Part shown: positions 36,647 to 48,495 of the stretch, in pieces
Numbering within the stretch: the stretch's first letter is position 1
Layout: every line of letters starts with the position of its first letter
Source of the DNA: Lophium mytilinum
Lineage: Eukaryota
Assembly (NCBI GenBank): GCA_010093605.1
Contig: MU004188.1
Span: forward strand, 747,673-811,672
Reading direction: 5' to 3'
Length of the DNA stretch: 64,000 nt
Program-made: the position numbers and the translations under genes
The notes under the pieces: model-generated
The model's input: the letters and a program-made list of their open reading frames with translations, nothing else
Told to the model about the DNA's origin: nothing
Databases searched by the model: none

Positions 36647-39600
36647 ATGATGGACGCTAAAATGGCTGTTCTCATCCTCGCGATGCTGAACGCCATGGAT
36701 GCTTTGGCAATGCCGGCAGTGCTGCCCGCATTGCCCGCCCTTCCTGTCCCGGGAGTTCCTGTTGCAATCCCAGGATTGCCTTTCAGCACTGCGCAGTCCG
36801 GTGCGATTTCGCTTGCCAATGTTCAAGCATCTGGTGGAGGTTAGTTCTTTTTTTCTGCTCTTACACTACACAGCTCTACGCTTCCATCCGGCCCGCCTTG
36901 TGTTCACACTCCGTCAAGGTGGCATTGTAATCGGAGTCCCAACCATCCCCGTTCTCCCTGGACTTCCTGTTCCCACCCCTCCTACGGTTCCCTCTGCTCC
37001 CAGCGTCCCTGTTCTTCCTGGACTCCCAATCCCTGGACTTCCTGTGCCCACTCTTCCCAGCCTTCCAGTTGCTATACCAGTGCTACCTTCATTACCCGTT
37101 GCAATTCCTTCACTGCCTGTAGCGATTCCCTCATTGCCTGTTGCGATTCCCTCGCTGCCTGCGCTTCCTGTTCCCGCTCTTCCCGCTCTTCCTAGCCTTC
37201 CAGTTGCACTCCCCTCGCTGCCTGTTGCTATCCCGTCAATTCCCGTTGCCATTCCCTCGCTCCCCGCGCTTCCTATTCCCTCGCTCCCTGTACTTCCCGT
37301 TCCCGCACTCCCCGCTCTTCCTAGCGTTCCAGTTGCACTCCCCTCGCTACCCGTTGCTGTCCCGTCAATTCCCGTTGCGATTCCCTCACTCCCTGTGCTT
37401 CCGATTCCCTCGCTCCCTGCGCTTCCTATTCCATCGCTCCCTGTACTTCCTATTCCCACCCTTCCGGTCCCAGGGCTGCCTGCACTACCTATCGCAATCC
37501 CCTCTCTTCCTGTGGCGATTCCATCGGTGCCGAGTCTTCCCATCCCCAGTGTGCCCATTGCAATTCCCGGTCTGCCCATTGCAGTTCCAAGCCTACCTGT
37601 TGCAATTCCAAGCATCCCTGTTGGCCTACCTAGCGTTCCAGTCCCCACACTCCCCGGTCTTCCTCTTCCCGGGCTTCCTTCGTTACCCGTTGCGATTCCC
37701 CCACTACCGCTACCCGGACTACCTACTGGACTCCCTATCCCTGGGGCTCCTTCGGTGCCTGGACTTCCATCTGGAGCTCCTTCGCTTCCTGGCCTTCCTA
37801 TTGGGATTCCTCTTCCTGTTCCAAGCGTCCACCTCCCCGTTACGGGACTTCCACTTCCGCCAATAGGTGTGCCCGATCTTCCAATTCCGCCTTTTGCTAT
37901 ACCAGCCCTCCCATCTCTGCCTCCATTGCCCATTCCAGTACTTCCCTCGTTGCCTGCCGCCCCGACAAATCTCACTGGCGTTCCCAGCATCCCTGGTCTC
38001 CCAAACAGTCCTCCAGGCTTACCACTTCCAGGCTTACCAACTCCTGGCCTTCCAGTCCTTCCGGGCCTGCCCATCCCAGGCTTACCCATTACCGGTATCC
38101 CCAGTCTTGGTCTCCCGGGCTTACCCGTTCCAACGACTCTTGTTCCTTTGCCTCAGGGATCTGGGCTTAATCTGGGCATTGGTGGTGGCATTGGCGCAAT
38201 TGGTGGTCTAACGGCCGGCCTCCCTATCCCCACTGGAGTTCCCGGTTTACCCGGCGTACCCTCCCTCCCTGGACTCCCCTCTATTCCAGGCATTCCCAAT
38301 CTTCCTAACCCAGCTGGCGTGCTCAGCTCTGTTTTCAGTCTCGGTGCTACGGTTCTCTATAGCATTTTGTCGCTAATATACCGTGGCGCTTCAGGATCCC
38401 CCCAGCCTGGCCTTACGAAGCGTGAGGCTGCCCCAGAAGCTGCCCCGGTAGCCGAGCCACTGGATCTCCCGCTCTTGGGTGGCCTTCCTCTCCCTACATC
38501 GGCTCTTGGTGCTCTGCCTCTCCCCACCGGTGCCCTTGGTAGCCTTCCCCTGCCCACTGGAGTTCTTGGTAGCCTTCCGCTTCCTGTCTCCGGCCTCCCG
38601 ATTGTGGGTGGCGGTGGGCTTCCTTCATTGCCGATTGTCGGCGGCGGTGGACTCCCTTCATTGCCAGTCGTCGGTGGACTTCCCCTTCCTACGGCCGGTC
38701 TCCCAATTGTCGGTGGCGGTGGACTTCCCTCGTTGCCAGTAGTCGGTGGACTGCCCCTTCCGACGGCTGGACTTCCAATCGTCGGTGGCGGTGGACTCGG
38801 TGGCCTTCCCCTTCCAACAGCTGGCCTTCCAATTGTTGGCGGTGGTGGCCTACCTTCGTTGCCCGTCGTCGGCGGACTCCCCCTACCCACAGCTGGACTT
38901 CCAATCGTTGGTGGTGGTGGGCTCCCTTCATTGCCAGTAGTCGGTGGTCTCCCCCTACCCACAGCTGGCCTCCCAATCGTCGGTGGCGGTGGGCTCGGTG
39001 GCCTTCCCCTCCCTACATCTGGACTTCCAATTGTCGGTGGCGGTGGACTCCCTTCATTGCCAGTCGTCGGTGGTCTTCCCCTTCCTACGGCTGGTCTCCC
39101 GATCGTCGGCGGCGGCGGATTGCCCTCAGTCCCCGGCATCCCAACCCTCCAATTCCCCCCGATCGATCCACTCTCCTCCGTCTCCATCGCCATCATCGCC
39201 ATCCTCCTCTCTCTACTCAAGAAGGACCCCGCCGCGCTTTTCGGCTCCGTGGCTCCGATCAAGGGGTTAGTCAAACGCGATGCCCCCCACCTGGAGGAAA
39301 AACTCTACGAGAGACAGCTACCAAGTCTACCTAGTCTTCCCGGCGTCGGCGGCCTGACTGGAGGCCTGGGAGGCGTGACCGGAGCCGTCGGCGGCCTAGG
39401 AGGCGTGACTGGCGGACTCGGCGGCCTTGGAGGCGCGACGAGCGGACTCGGCGGCCTGGGAGGCGGCCTACTCCCCCTCCTCGTCGGCGGCATCGCCAAC
39501 AACCTCGTCGGCAACGGCCTCGGCCCCGTCATCTCGGGCATCACCAGCGTGCTCGGCGGCGGCGTGCCGCCCTTCCTCTTCTCGCTGCCCGTCGTGCAGG

Positions 39601-39905
39601 ACGCGTCGCCCGTGTTTGCCGTGCTCTCGCTGCTCCCCGTGCTCAACCCCAGCAAGTTCGGCGGGCTGACGGGCCTCACGTCGCTCAGTGCGCTGCAGAG
39701 CGCCGCGCAGACGATTTCGCCCGCGGACTTGAGCGTCGTTAAGGGCTTGCCGGCGTCCCCGGATCCGACGAATCTGGTCTCGACGATCCAGAGCCTCGCG
39801 GATAACTTGTTTACCCTCCCTGGCGCGGTTACGAACCTTAAGGCGGCGGCGAGCTTGACGATCTTGCATTCGTTGGGCTTGGCGGTGCCGGGGGTTCCGT
39901 TGTAG
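36647..39905 (+). CDS. Secreted Pro/Leu/Gly-rich repetitive precursor (~1060 aa) with Kex2-type KR sites; exons 36647-36839 and 36919-39905
   Basis: Signal-peptide-like MMDAKMAVLILAMLNAMDALA|MP. Intron 36840-36918 (GTTAGT..CAAG) joins in frame to the 1068-codon ORF. Repeats keep the protein sequence while synonymous positions vary. Confidence 0.85.
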
Positions 39906-40269
39906 GGGGCACAACAATCATACCTCTACAATTTTAAGAGGAGGAGACGGACATGGCACGCTAGACGTGTGGTTCCTAAAAGGTGGAGGAGCATGAAAAG
40001 TTGGGATGGAATGTCACGCAGCATCTATTGGAGGAAGGATTTGGGAAAGCTGGTGACAGGATCAAATTGTATGACGGACGATGTATTTTCAGCCTCTCTA
40101 ATTTTTCTCTTCGCTCGTTTTGGCGACGTTATTGGGGTGTTGGATTTGGTTCTTCTTTCGATAGATGGGTATTGAGGTGGATTTTAGGATAGCTATTGGG
40201 GTTAGGACGAATGAACCGGTTTTTCCTTGATGAAGGTCATTTTATGTATTGTGTGATGTTTGAGGAAGT

Positions 40270-40429
40270 AGAAGCCTGCAGGGGGCCCGGAAGGGGAAAG
40301 TCTCGGCGGTTGAGGAAGTAGCGTAACCATGCTGCATCCCTCGCTACATCCAGCCATCTCGACACATTCTAGCTTCAACACTTTCTCAACCGCCGAGACT
40401 TTCCCCTTCCGAGCACCCTCCAGGCTTCT
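40270..40429. repeat. Inverted repeat (27 bp perfect, ~45-50 bp imperfect arms)
   Basis: CGGAAGGGGAAAGTCTCGGCGGTTGAG at 40288-40314 has its exact reverse complement at 40385-40411. Confidence 0.9.
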
Positions 40430-41381
40430 GAATCCGGAGGTCGGGTTTCAGGACATTGTCAAAAGTGATGCGATTCAGGTTGGAAAGGTGCAACCCTTTG
40501 TCAGCAGATGGAGAATAGGACCGTGGTTTCAACGTAACATCATTGCGCATGATCTCGAATGTTTTTGGGTAGGCGATTGCACCTTACGCGTTATTGTGCC
40601 TAGATATCATGCTCGCTGGCCCTCGGTAACGGACGCGGGGGGTGCTTCAACAAGGTGAAGAAGTAGGAAATAGTAACACACTGCGGCCTGATATCAAGAC
40701 GATCGAGCCTGCTGTCCAATTCAGGAGTTCATATCAGGTCGTAGACGACGGCCCTGGGATAAGGTGCTGGAGCCCTACCGCAGAAAGATGGTTTCGTCCG
40801 GTTACAAGTTGTTACAGAATCAACCGCGTAAGCAAGATTTTGATAGACGCAGCGCAGACACGGGGTGCACGCAGCGTGGCGACTTCTTTCTTCAGACTGC
40901 AGGAGCAGAATCAGTTCGTCAGTATCAGAATGTGGAAAAGGTGCGGAAGTCCTCCTGCCAAGAAAAGGCTCTTCCAGTTACAAATATTTACATAATCAAC
41001 TGTGTGGATATAAAATTGTTACACAAGGAGGGTATAGAGGTATACGCGGCGTACACCTTTGTGGTTATATTTTTACCACAAGAACACGGACCTAAGACCA
41101 AATTCGACATCTATTTGATGGCCTTGAGGTTTTGGAAGGTGCCCTAGCTTACCATATCACCATTTCGGTCATAATCGCTTTACAGAATGAACTGCGAGAA
41201 CCAGATATCACAGATACTTCGTGAAAATGAGAGGACGTTGCGTACACGTATTGCTGTTTCCTTACACTGCACAGTTGAAGATTCGGAATGCCAAAGCGCT
41301 TCTACTCAGGAGACTACCAGCTTAGTTGCAAGTTCTCATAGAACTAACCGCGTAGAAAGACTTTCGGTATATGGGGAGAGG

Positions 41382-41445
41382 ACGCAGTGCATACGCAGTG
41401 AATACGCCATACATACGCAGTAAATACGCATTGCATACGCAGCGT
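41382..41445. repeat. 11-bp-period minisatellite (ATACGCAGTRM-like, ~6 units)
   Basis: ATACGC recurs at 41391, 41402, 41413, 41424 and 41435. Confidence 0.85.
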
Positions 41446-44215
41446 GCACCCATAGTAGTTATTTTTTTTACACCAACATTGATGCTAACTCAGCCCTGCG
41501 TTTCAGAGTTGAAAGGAGTTTCTGGGACGCCTTTGATCACCGGAACAGGAGACCGGGTAGGAGTTTCGAGATAATCAACGGTGTAGAAGCAATTCCGGGG
41601 AGGGAATGCGGCGTACACTTACTCTACAATCCTATGTTCGCTCAAAACTTTGCTGGAGCATCGCGACCTCGGTGCGCTGGAGACGCTCTTGAAATAATCG
41701 AAAACAAGCAGCATCTTCCCTGCGGAAGAGGCTCTGATGTAGAGTGGGATAGATAAGTGAAAGGTGGGATGAAGCTGGACTTTCAACTGAGATCCCGAGG
41801 GAGATGAATTCAGGCAATGATTGTTTGGACGACCTACCAAATGGAGCTTACCTTCGAATGACTACATTTTCGTTCGCTTTGATTACCTCATGTAGATAGC
41901 AATATCACTAGTTGAGTGAAGAGCCTCTTTCTACCATACACACCTTGCTTCAAGAAAACGATGGAATGCCAGGCGGCACTCATTGGACCGATCTGCTTGC
42001 GTGATGAACTTGTTGTCGTAGTGTAAAAGCCTCCGCGAGACCAGAACCATAGCCAATGCGTCCACTTCGGAGCCCTCACCGACGATATTAGGACTTGTAA
42101 CTCCGCTGACTACACACCACATCCCGGTCGATTAGCACCATGCACCTACTACTAACGCCCGTGGCCCTACGGATGCACTATCGCTAGGCAACCCCAGAGA
42201 CTTGGAACGAAACAGAATCCTTACGCGCGCGACACGTAACGACATTCAAGGATTGTGTGAAACAAACCCGATTCCGAAAATTGTCCGCAAACGGCAGGTC
42301 GTAAAACCCCAATCCGCTGCGGTTAAATTGCCGGGTGAATTGGAGGCGCTGCTGCTGAGACGCAGGAACCTCAACAAAGAGGATCTACCCTGAATGGGAT
42401 CAACAGGGCGGCGTTGGGCCCAAAAAGATATCTCGATAATCTTGCGAGCGTGGGATGCGCTCAACCCTAATCCATGTGGAGATAGTTTTGACGTGGGGGC
42501 ACCGTCGGCTTTTCTCGCGATAGTCGGGCCGCTACCTGGCAAAAGCGTCGACGCTTCAGTAGTTGTGGCGGTGCGGTGGAGATCTCCGAAAATGGGTCTG
42601 GTTTGCGGAAATATACGGTTTGTAATTGGCTGACTGTTAGTAATTGGCTTCCACGGTTTGCTGCTCAGGTGAGCTCGCGGGCGTGAAGTGGGTCGATAAT
42701 TGCTAATTTAATCCACTATTAAATTTATTGAATAGTAGTATCATGTCCGTGAGCATCGCATGTCCCATATGCAGTGAAGTAGATGCCTTGCTCTTTGGGC
42801 GGTGTGGAATAATCGGTCAGTGATGGGGATGAAGCGGGGTCACCATCTTTTTACTCCACATGACCTCCGCCCCATGTGAGAAGTGTTGGCAGAGATACTT
42901 GCTTCGGGGCTGGACGTATGCATGCTGAGGAATTAGTACTCCATGCATGTATCCAGGAAGAATGACGTGTCCAGTGTCTCTCAATGGCATCGTTTAAGCA
43001 TCGTTTAAGCAACTCCGGGGGTGCAACAGTGTTTCTAGCCTCTCATTCTGAAGCGAAGGCCCGGACTGAGCCTTTCAATAGGCTCCGAAACGCCCCCAAC
43101 TCGATGCTATTCAGAGTGACATTTCAGTGTCAGATGTTTGCACTTGTCAGATGTTCGCGACGTCGCATCCACGTCTCCGAGAGAGTCGGCCGACAGGTTC
43201 AGTTAGGGAATATATCGTCGCTGCGCTGTCCATCACATCTGCACACCAATGGAAGAAGAAGCAATGCTGGTCCAAACCTTCAAAGTCAAACGTGGCAATG
43301 GTAGCCACGCAAAAGACCGTCGTAAATTGCCTCGAGTCGCCTCGGTACGGCGCGCTTACCGCCCCGGATGCGAGGGTTGGTCTGCCGCACGCCACTGGTG
43401 ATAACGACATGGACGATCCGGAGGCCTGGCCGCTATGTCATGCAGAAGGATTGGCGGATGTTGGCTTCCGAAAGCGGATAATTCATTCGACGGGTTCGAG
43501 GGCTGCCTGCGTCAAAGTCACCTGCCGTGCATGGCCGATGTTGTGGAGAACCCTGCTCGAGCGTCAGAGCTGCACGTCAGCGTGAAGCATTGGGCAATGC
43601 TGCTCCGCGATGCGGTACGTGGCAGCAGTGGCAGATCGATATGTATGAATGCCTGATGTCGTGACGCGCCTTGTGCCTGCTCACATGCAAACGGGTCACC
43701 TGCCTGACCTAGCCTTCAGTCAGATACGGCCCGTGCAGTCGGCATATGAAATGGTGGGATCAAAGGCCGATATCTGGTCGCTGATGCGGAGGCAAACCGC
43801 CTCTGGGTGGGCGGAAGGAATGGCGTTGAAACACGCTGTCTGCTTCACGAAGTTTCACGGGATTCGTGATTTGCGACCAGAATGCCATCTAGATTACTCC
43901 CGGCAAGGAAGTCGCTGTTCTTACGGTTCTAGCGTGGCGGCGGTGAACCTCATGAATCGTAGGCGATGAAATGGGGGTGGTAGATTTGAGGATTGCTCGT
44001 AACTAATTATGTACACTCCCACGCTCTGAATCGTGCATCTGCACGCTTGTCGTCTGTCTGGTTCCCGATGCCCATGTTAGGACAAGCTCTATTGCCGATG
44101 TGGTTCGTTCCTCGTTCTATGGCACGGGGCGCTTGGCATTAGTCTGCGGAAGTGCGCCGGCAACTCTAGCGGGAGGAGAAGCGGGAGCCATTTAGCCTAA
44201 ATGCCCTGGGAAGCT

Positions 44216-45480
44216 TCACGATACCGCCATCAGCTTGTTCTGCTCTTGCGCCAGTGTGAGGCCCTCCGGGGCTTGCCGGAAGAGGACGATCTCAGATTGC
44301 TTGAAATAGCGTCGGGCGTCTGTAGAACTCGTCAGCGGCTGTATTCTTGCAGGGGTTGCGTTCAAAACGACGGATTACGCAAGAGTTAGACAACTCAAAC
44401 GACGAAATATACAATGTTTCTTACCTTCATCAATCAAAACCAAGCTCAAATAATACCGCGTCGAGTACTTCTTGTTGACCTCTCGGAATGTCGGTGTCAG
44501 GTCGAAGCCACCTAGAAATAGTCGGATCGGAATGGTTTCTCCTGTTGTGGTATCAGCATGCCAAGTTCATCAAGGTAAATGTCGTAGCGCTAGGTCAACA
44601 TGTCGGAGTTAAATCCTACCTCTTGAAGGGGAGCCATCCATGATCTGCAGACAGTTAGCACGTGGCAAAAGACACCATCAAAAAGCTAAGACCAACCTCA
44701 AACCTGACCAGAGTCTCGCTCTCGTTGTACTGATTCGGCGCAGCACCCGTGGTTTCGCGTCTGATGATGGACAGCTCCATGTGCTTTATCTTTAACCGCA
44801 CTAGCAGGAAATATATGCGGCCCACAATTACGTCCTTCAGATGGTACTTCGACTTGGAGTATTCGAACTCAATGTGCAGGCAGTCCTCGATACCGACGTC
44901 CATCTTGATAGAGCTGTTCGTTTCCGGGGGGATCCTGTACGAGTACACCCAGAGATCCTTCTCGCGGACTACATCCTGCATCCGCCGCGACACCGTCACA
45001 CGGACGAAGTAGCGGAGCTTGACGTTTATGCCGTTGTAGGACTCGTACTGTTTTTCTACATTCTTGAAGTTGAACTCGAAGGTCTGGGGGTGTTGCAGAT
45101 CGCCGGGCGCTGCCAGCTCTTGGCCGAGGGACAGGAACTCGTAGTGGTTGCCGCGGTCAAAGAACATCTCTATATCGGGCAGTATATCAGCAAAGTGTTT
45201 ATATCCCCAAGTGGTGTGCCTGATGGGCCGCGCAATTGGACATGATGCAAGGCTTCCACTCACCAATTGTGCCTATGAACTGCACCTTGATCCCCGTGTG
45301 CTCTAGGCGCTTTCCATCCTTGGGCCTGATAGTGACAGCTCCCTTGACAGACTCGCCGTCGAGATACAAGGGGACCTTCTCCTTGCGGGCCTTCTCAAGC
45401 TTGACGTCCACTGTTGACCGCTCGTCCCCATCCTCCAGCACAATGTCGATGTCGACGGGGGTGGAGAAGAAGTAGGACAT
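44216..45480 (-). CDS. VPS26: Retromer subunit Vps26 (multi-exon)
   Basis: MSYFFSTPVDIDIVLED, KRLEHTGIKVQFIG, IKMDVGIEDCLHIEFEYSKSKYHLKD, GETIPIRLFLGGFDLTPTFR and ARRYFKQSEI. Confidence 0.97.
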
Positions 45481-46876
45481 GCTAGCTGCGAGCCGTCCGG
45501 GCGCGTGCGTCGATGGCGGAGGGGGTGATAGCTTGGTGCGGGCTGCTGGGATGCCGTGACCTCGATGCGCCTCCGTCACCGCGAAGTTGAGCTCTCTGGC
45601 AGCGGCTTCCCAACGCGGCAAGCGCGGCCTGACTCAGCGCGTTCTCAACTGTGTTTTGTTTCACTGCCAAGGCGCACTCACAGCCCTACGGCGCTCATGG
45701 ACGGGACGCTAGGGCCGGGCTTCCAACGCCCACTCTTCCACCGCGCCGCACCTCCACGCTCCTCATTCATCTTCCAAGGTTGCAGCACCCATGAAGCTAC
45801 CGGCTGCGTCAGCAGAGTCATGCCCCGTCTCGGATAACAGCGCCGCCGCGAGGGGCTTGAGGGCCTTTTCCGACTTTGGAGGCCGCAGCCGCTGCAGACG
45901 CACCATGCTGCAGTTTTGCTCACGAGAGCGCGTGCAGCACACGACCAGTTGCACTTGTTCACACACGATGCTTTCTTTTTCGTTTCAGCCCCTAGCAAGT
46001 CCTGCCGCGAGTTGCCCGCCCGGCTCTGCAAAGTCGCAGGTTCTCCGCCAGGGAGGCCGTTCCGACTTGCCTTGCACGGTCCGAAAGCAGCGTGGCCCTC
46101 TCACGAACCCCCACGCGGTATTATTTTGTTTCGAGATCCTTCACCCTGCGCAGCCGACGCTGTCCAGATGATCGCAGACAGCTCCTCGCACGCTGCCCCG
46201 CAGCTGACGGCGCTGGAGCTGGCAGAGGGCAATTGGCACGCTGTGGACCGACGCATCGACAGGGCAGAGGGGGCAGGCGATGTGCTGGCAGCCTTGCAGG
46301 CGCTCGCAGCAGTACCTGACAATGGACAGGGTTTTTGGCGAAAGCGTGACAAAAAAGTGCGGGGAGGCCCACGGATGAGACCTTGATCCGCCACTGCATC
46401 CCACGCGCCGCCTGCGCCAGCCTCTTGCTCACCTTCAAACGCCGACACCACGAGCCCAGCCCGCCGTGTGCGGCGTCTTCTGCTGCCTTTCATTCGCGCG
46501 CGCAGGGCTCTTGCTTGTTCCAGTCGGCTGGGGGGCTCTTCCGACGCTCTGGAGTCGGCGTGCGGCGGGTCGTGACATCAAATGCTTGGCCACCATTGCT
46601 GCGCCAGAACCCTCCCCACTCCCTGCCGTCATGCCGCCGCCCCTGTGTGGTGAATTGGACGCTTCGAGATCAGGAGGGCGCTCTTTAAAAAGATGTCCGG
46701 CCCCACCGTTGAGCGCATCTCTATATAGGACTGCCCCAACGACGCGCTTTGTTACATCGCCACCTCTCACCAACCCACCCCAGGCCTGACCATACTGCCT
46801 CCTCGCACACGCCTTACACATCGTATCCTCTCACGTCACTGCAATTAGCCAACGCTTTCGCACCATCACCATCACC

Positions 46877-47602
46877 ATGCTGCAAACATACGACCAGTCC
46901 CACCAGCCGCCTCTACTTTACGGTCCCTCCTCCGCCATCTCGTCGACCAAGAGGCCCATAGGCAACATGACGACCTACAATCATCACCACATTTGGATTG
47001 TGACTGGCCCTGCTGGCTGCGGGAAGAGCACCGTCGCCAAATACCTAGCCGACCAATATGCCTTGAAGTACATTGAGGGTGATGACGTGAGTCTGACTAC
47101 TCATTAGGCGGAATGTACGCTAACCTTCCAAAAGTTCCATCCTCAAGCCAACATCGAGAAGATGGCTGCTGGAATCCCACTCAACGACGCAGACCGCTGG
47201 GACTGGCTCATTCTCCTCCGTGATCAGGCGCTGGCTTCGCTGGATCAGGGCGCTCGCGGGGTTGTCGTTACCTGCAGTGCGCTGAAGAAGAAGTACCGAG
47301 ATGTAATCCGCCTGGCGCCGCTGTACGATCAAGAACACGAGGTGGCCGTCCACTTCATCTATCTCCGCGCGAACAAGGAAACCCTGCTAGCCCGCGTCAA
47401 GGCTAGACAAGGCCACTACATGAAAGACTCCATGGTCATCAGCCAGCTGAACAGCCTCGAGGAACCGGATGCCAAGGAGCGCGACAGACTAAAGGACGTC
47501 CTTTGCGTCGATGTTACCGGCAGCATGGCAGAGGTGCAGAAACTGGCTCTCTCTGTCGTGAGCAAAGTCCTGGCCGACGACATGGCGGGGAAAGCGTCAT
47601 GA
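46877..47602 (+). CDS. Thermoresistant-type gluconokinase (GntK/IdnK family); intron 47087-47134
   Basis: Walker A GPAGCGKST, EGDD|FHPQANIEKMAAGIPLNDADRWDWL, CSALKKKYRD and RQGHYM..SQL..LEEP. Confidence 0.95.
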
Positions 47603-48495
47603 CCCCGAGATTGCATGTTTGCTTTTTTTCCCCTTCGCGATCATAATTTCCCTCAACTAGCTCTTAGCGCTGGGCATTGGCAGGCGTTCACCGTGGGATT
47701 TGGACACTTGACGAAAACGGCGTACTCCTCTTTCTGAATAATTCTATACCCCTTCAGCGGCCGGGGTGGTTTCAATTTTTCTTTCGTAATCTCTTGAGGG
47801 GTCGACTGCATAGCTCTGCGGGACTGGAAAAAAGACTTGCGGAGGTGGGGTCGTGCCTTTGTGCACAGTCGATCAGCGGGGTCCTCTCCGCGTTGCAGGT
47901 CATAGCGAGAGTAATAAATAGCATTCACCGCCATAACACACCAAGGACGTGACGTTTGAATATGCTACGAGAGCCACGCTGTCGGAGACTGATCTCCATG
48001 TGGAGAGACAAGCCTCCTTTTGTTTTTCTACCCGCGCAGAGATAACCACGCACGTGTAGTTCCTGGACGATGGAATTGCGGAGACGGGCATTCCAATTGC
48101 AGCTAGCCTCGGAAGAGAAACCTAGAGTTCCCCGGGTACGGCTCCTTTAACTGTCCCCACCGGATCGGGCCGCTGATTCTCGGCGGAGGTCCTCGGGGGT
48201 GAATGGCACGTTTTGAGGAGTGAAAATTACATGGAGAGGTTCAAGAGAGGCAGTGCTACCATCTATATAATTTGCGAGCTTCTGAAATATTGTGCCACGG
48301 TTGAGCAACTCATCAAACACACCCCACACAGCGAGGGTCTCCCCTAGCTAAACAACGACCACGCTATCCCGCCAGCTCTTCGGCTCTCGTCGGCTTATAG
48401 ATATCATTCACTGCAACTTCGTCAGAGTAACCTCGGGGTCCTAGGTTCCTATAACCCCAGATGGGCCTCCGAAATTCGTTCCGCCAACATCTACC

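Noticed and set aside
36914..39679. Long antisense Gly/Pro ORFs (391, 305 and 124 aa)
   Set aside because: Shadow frames of the repetitive plus-strand gene, which has the signal peptide, intron and KR sites.
36647..39905. Dikaritin/RiPP precursor cluster
   Set aside because: KR sites do not separate short repeated core peptides, and no UstYa/DUF3328 or other modifying enzyme is nearby.
40500..44100. Short ORFs in the long intergenic interval (also 30.9-32.4 kb)
   Set aside because: No recognisable domain, splice-consistent model or coding bias.
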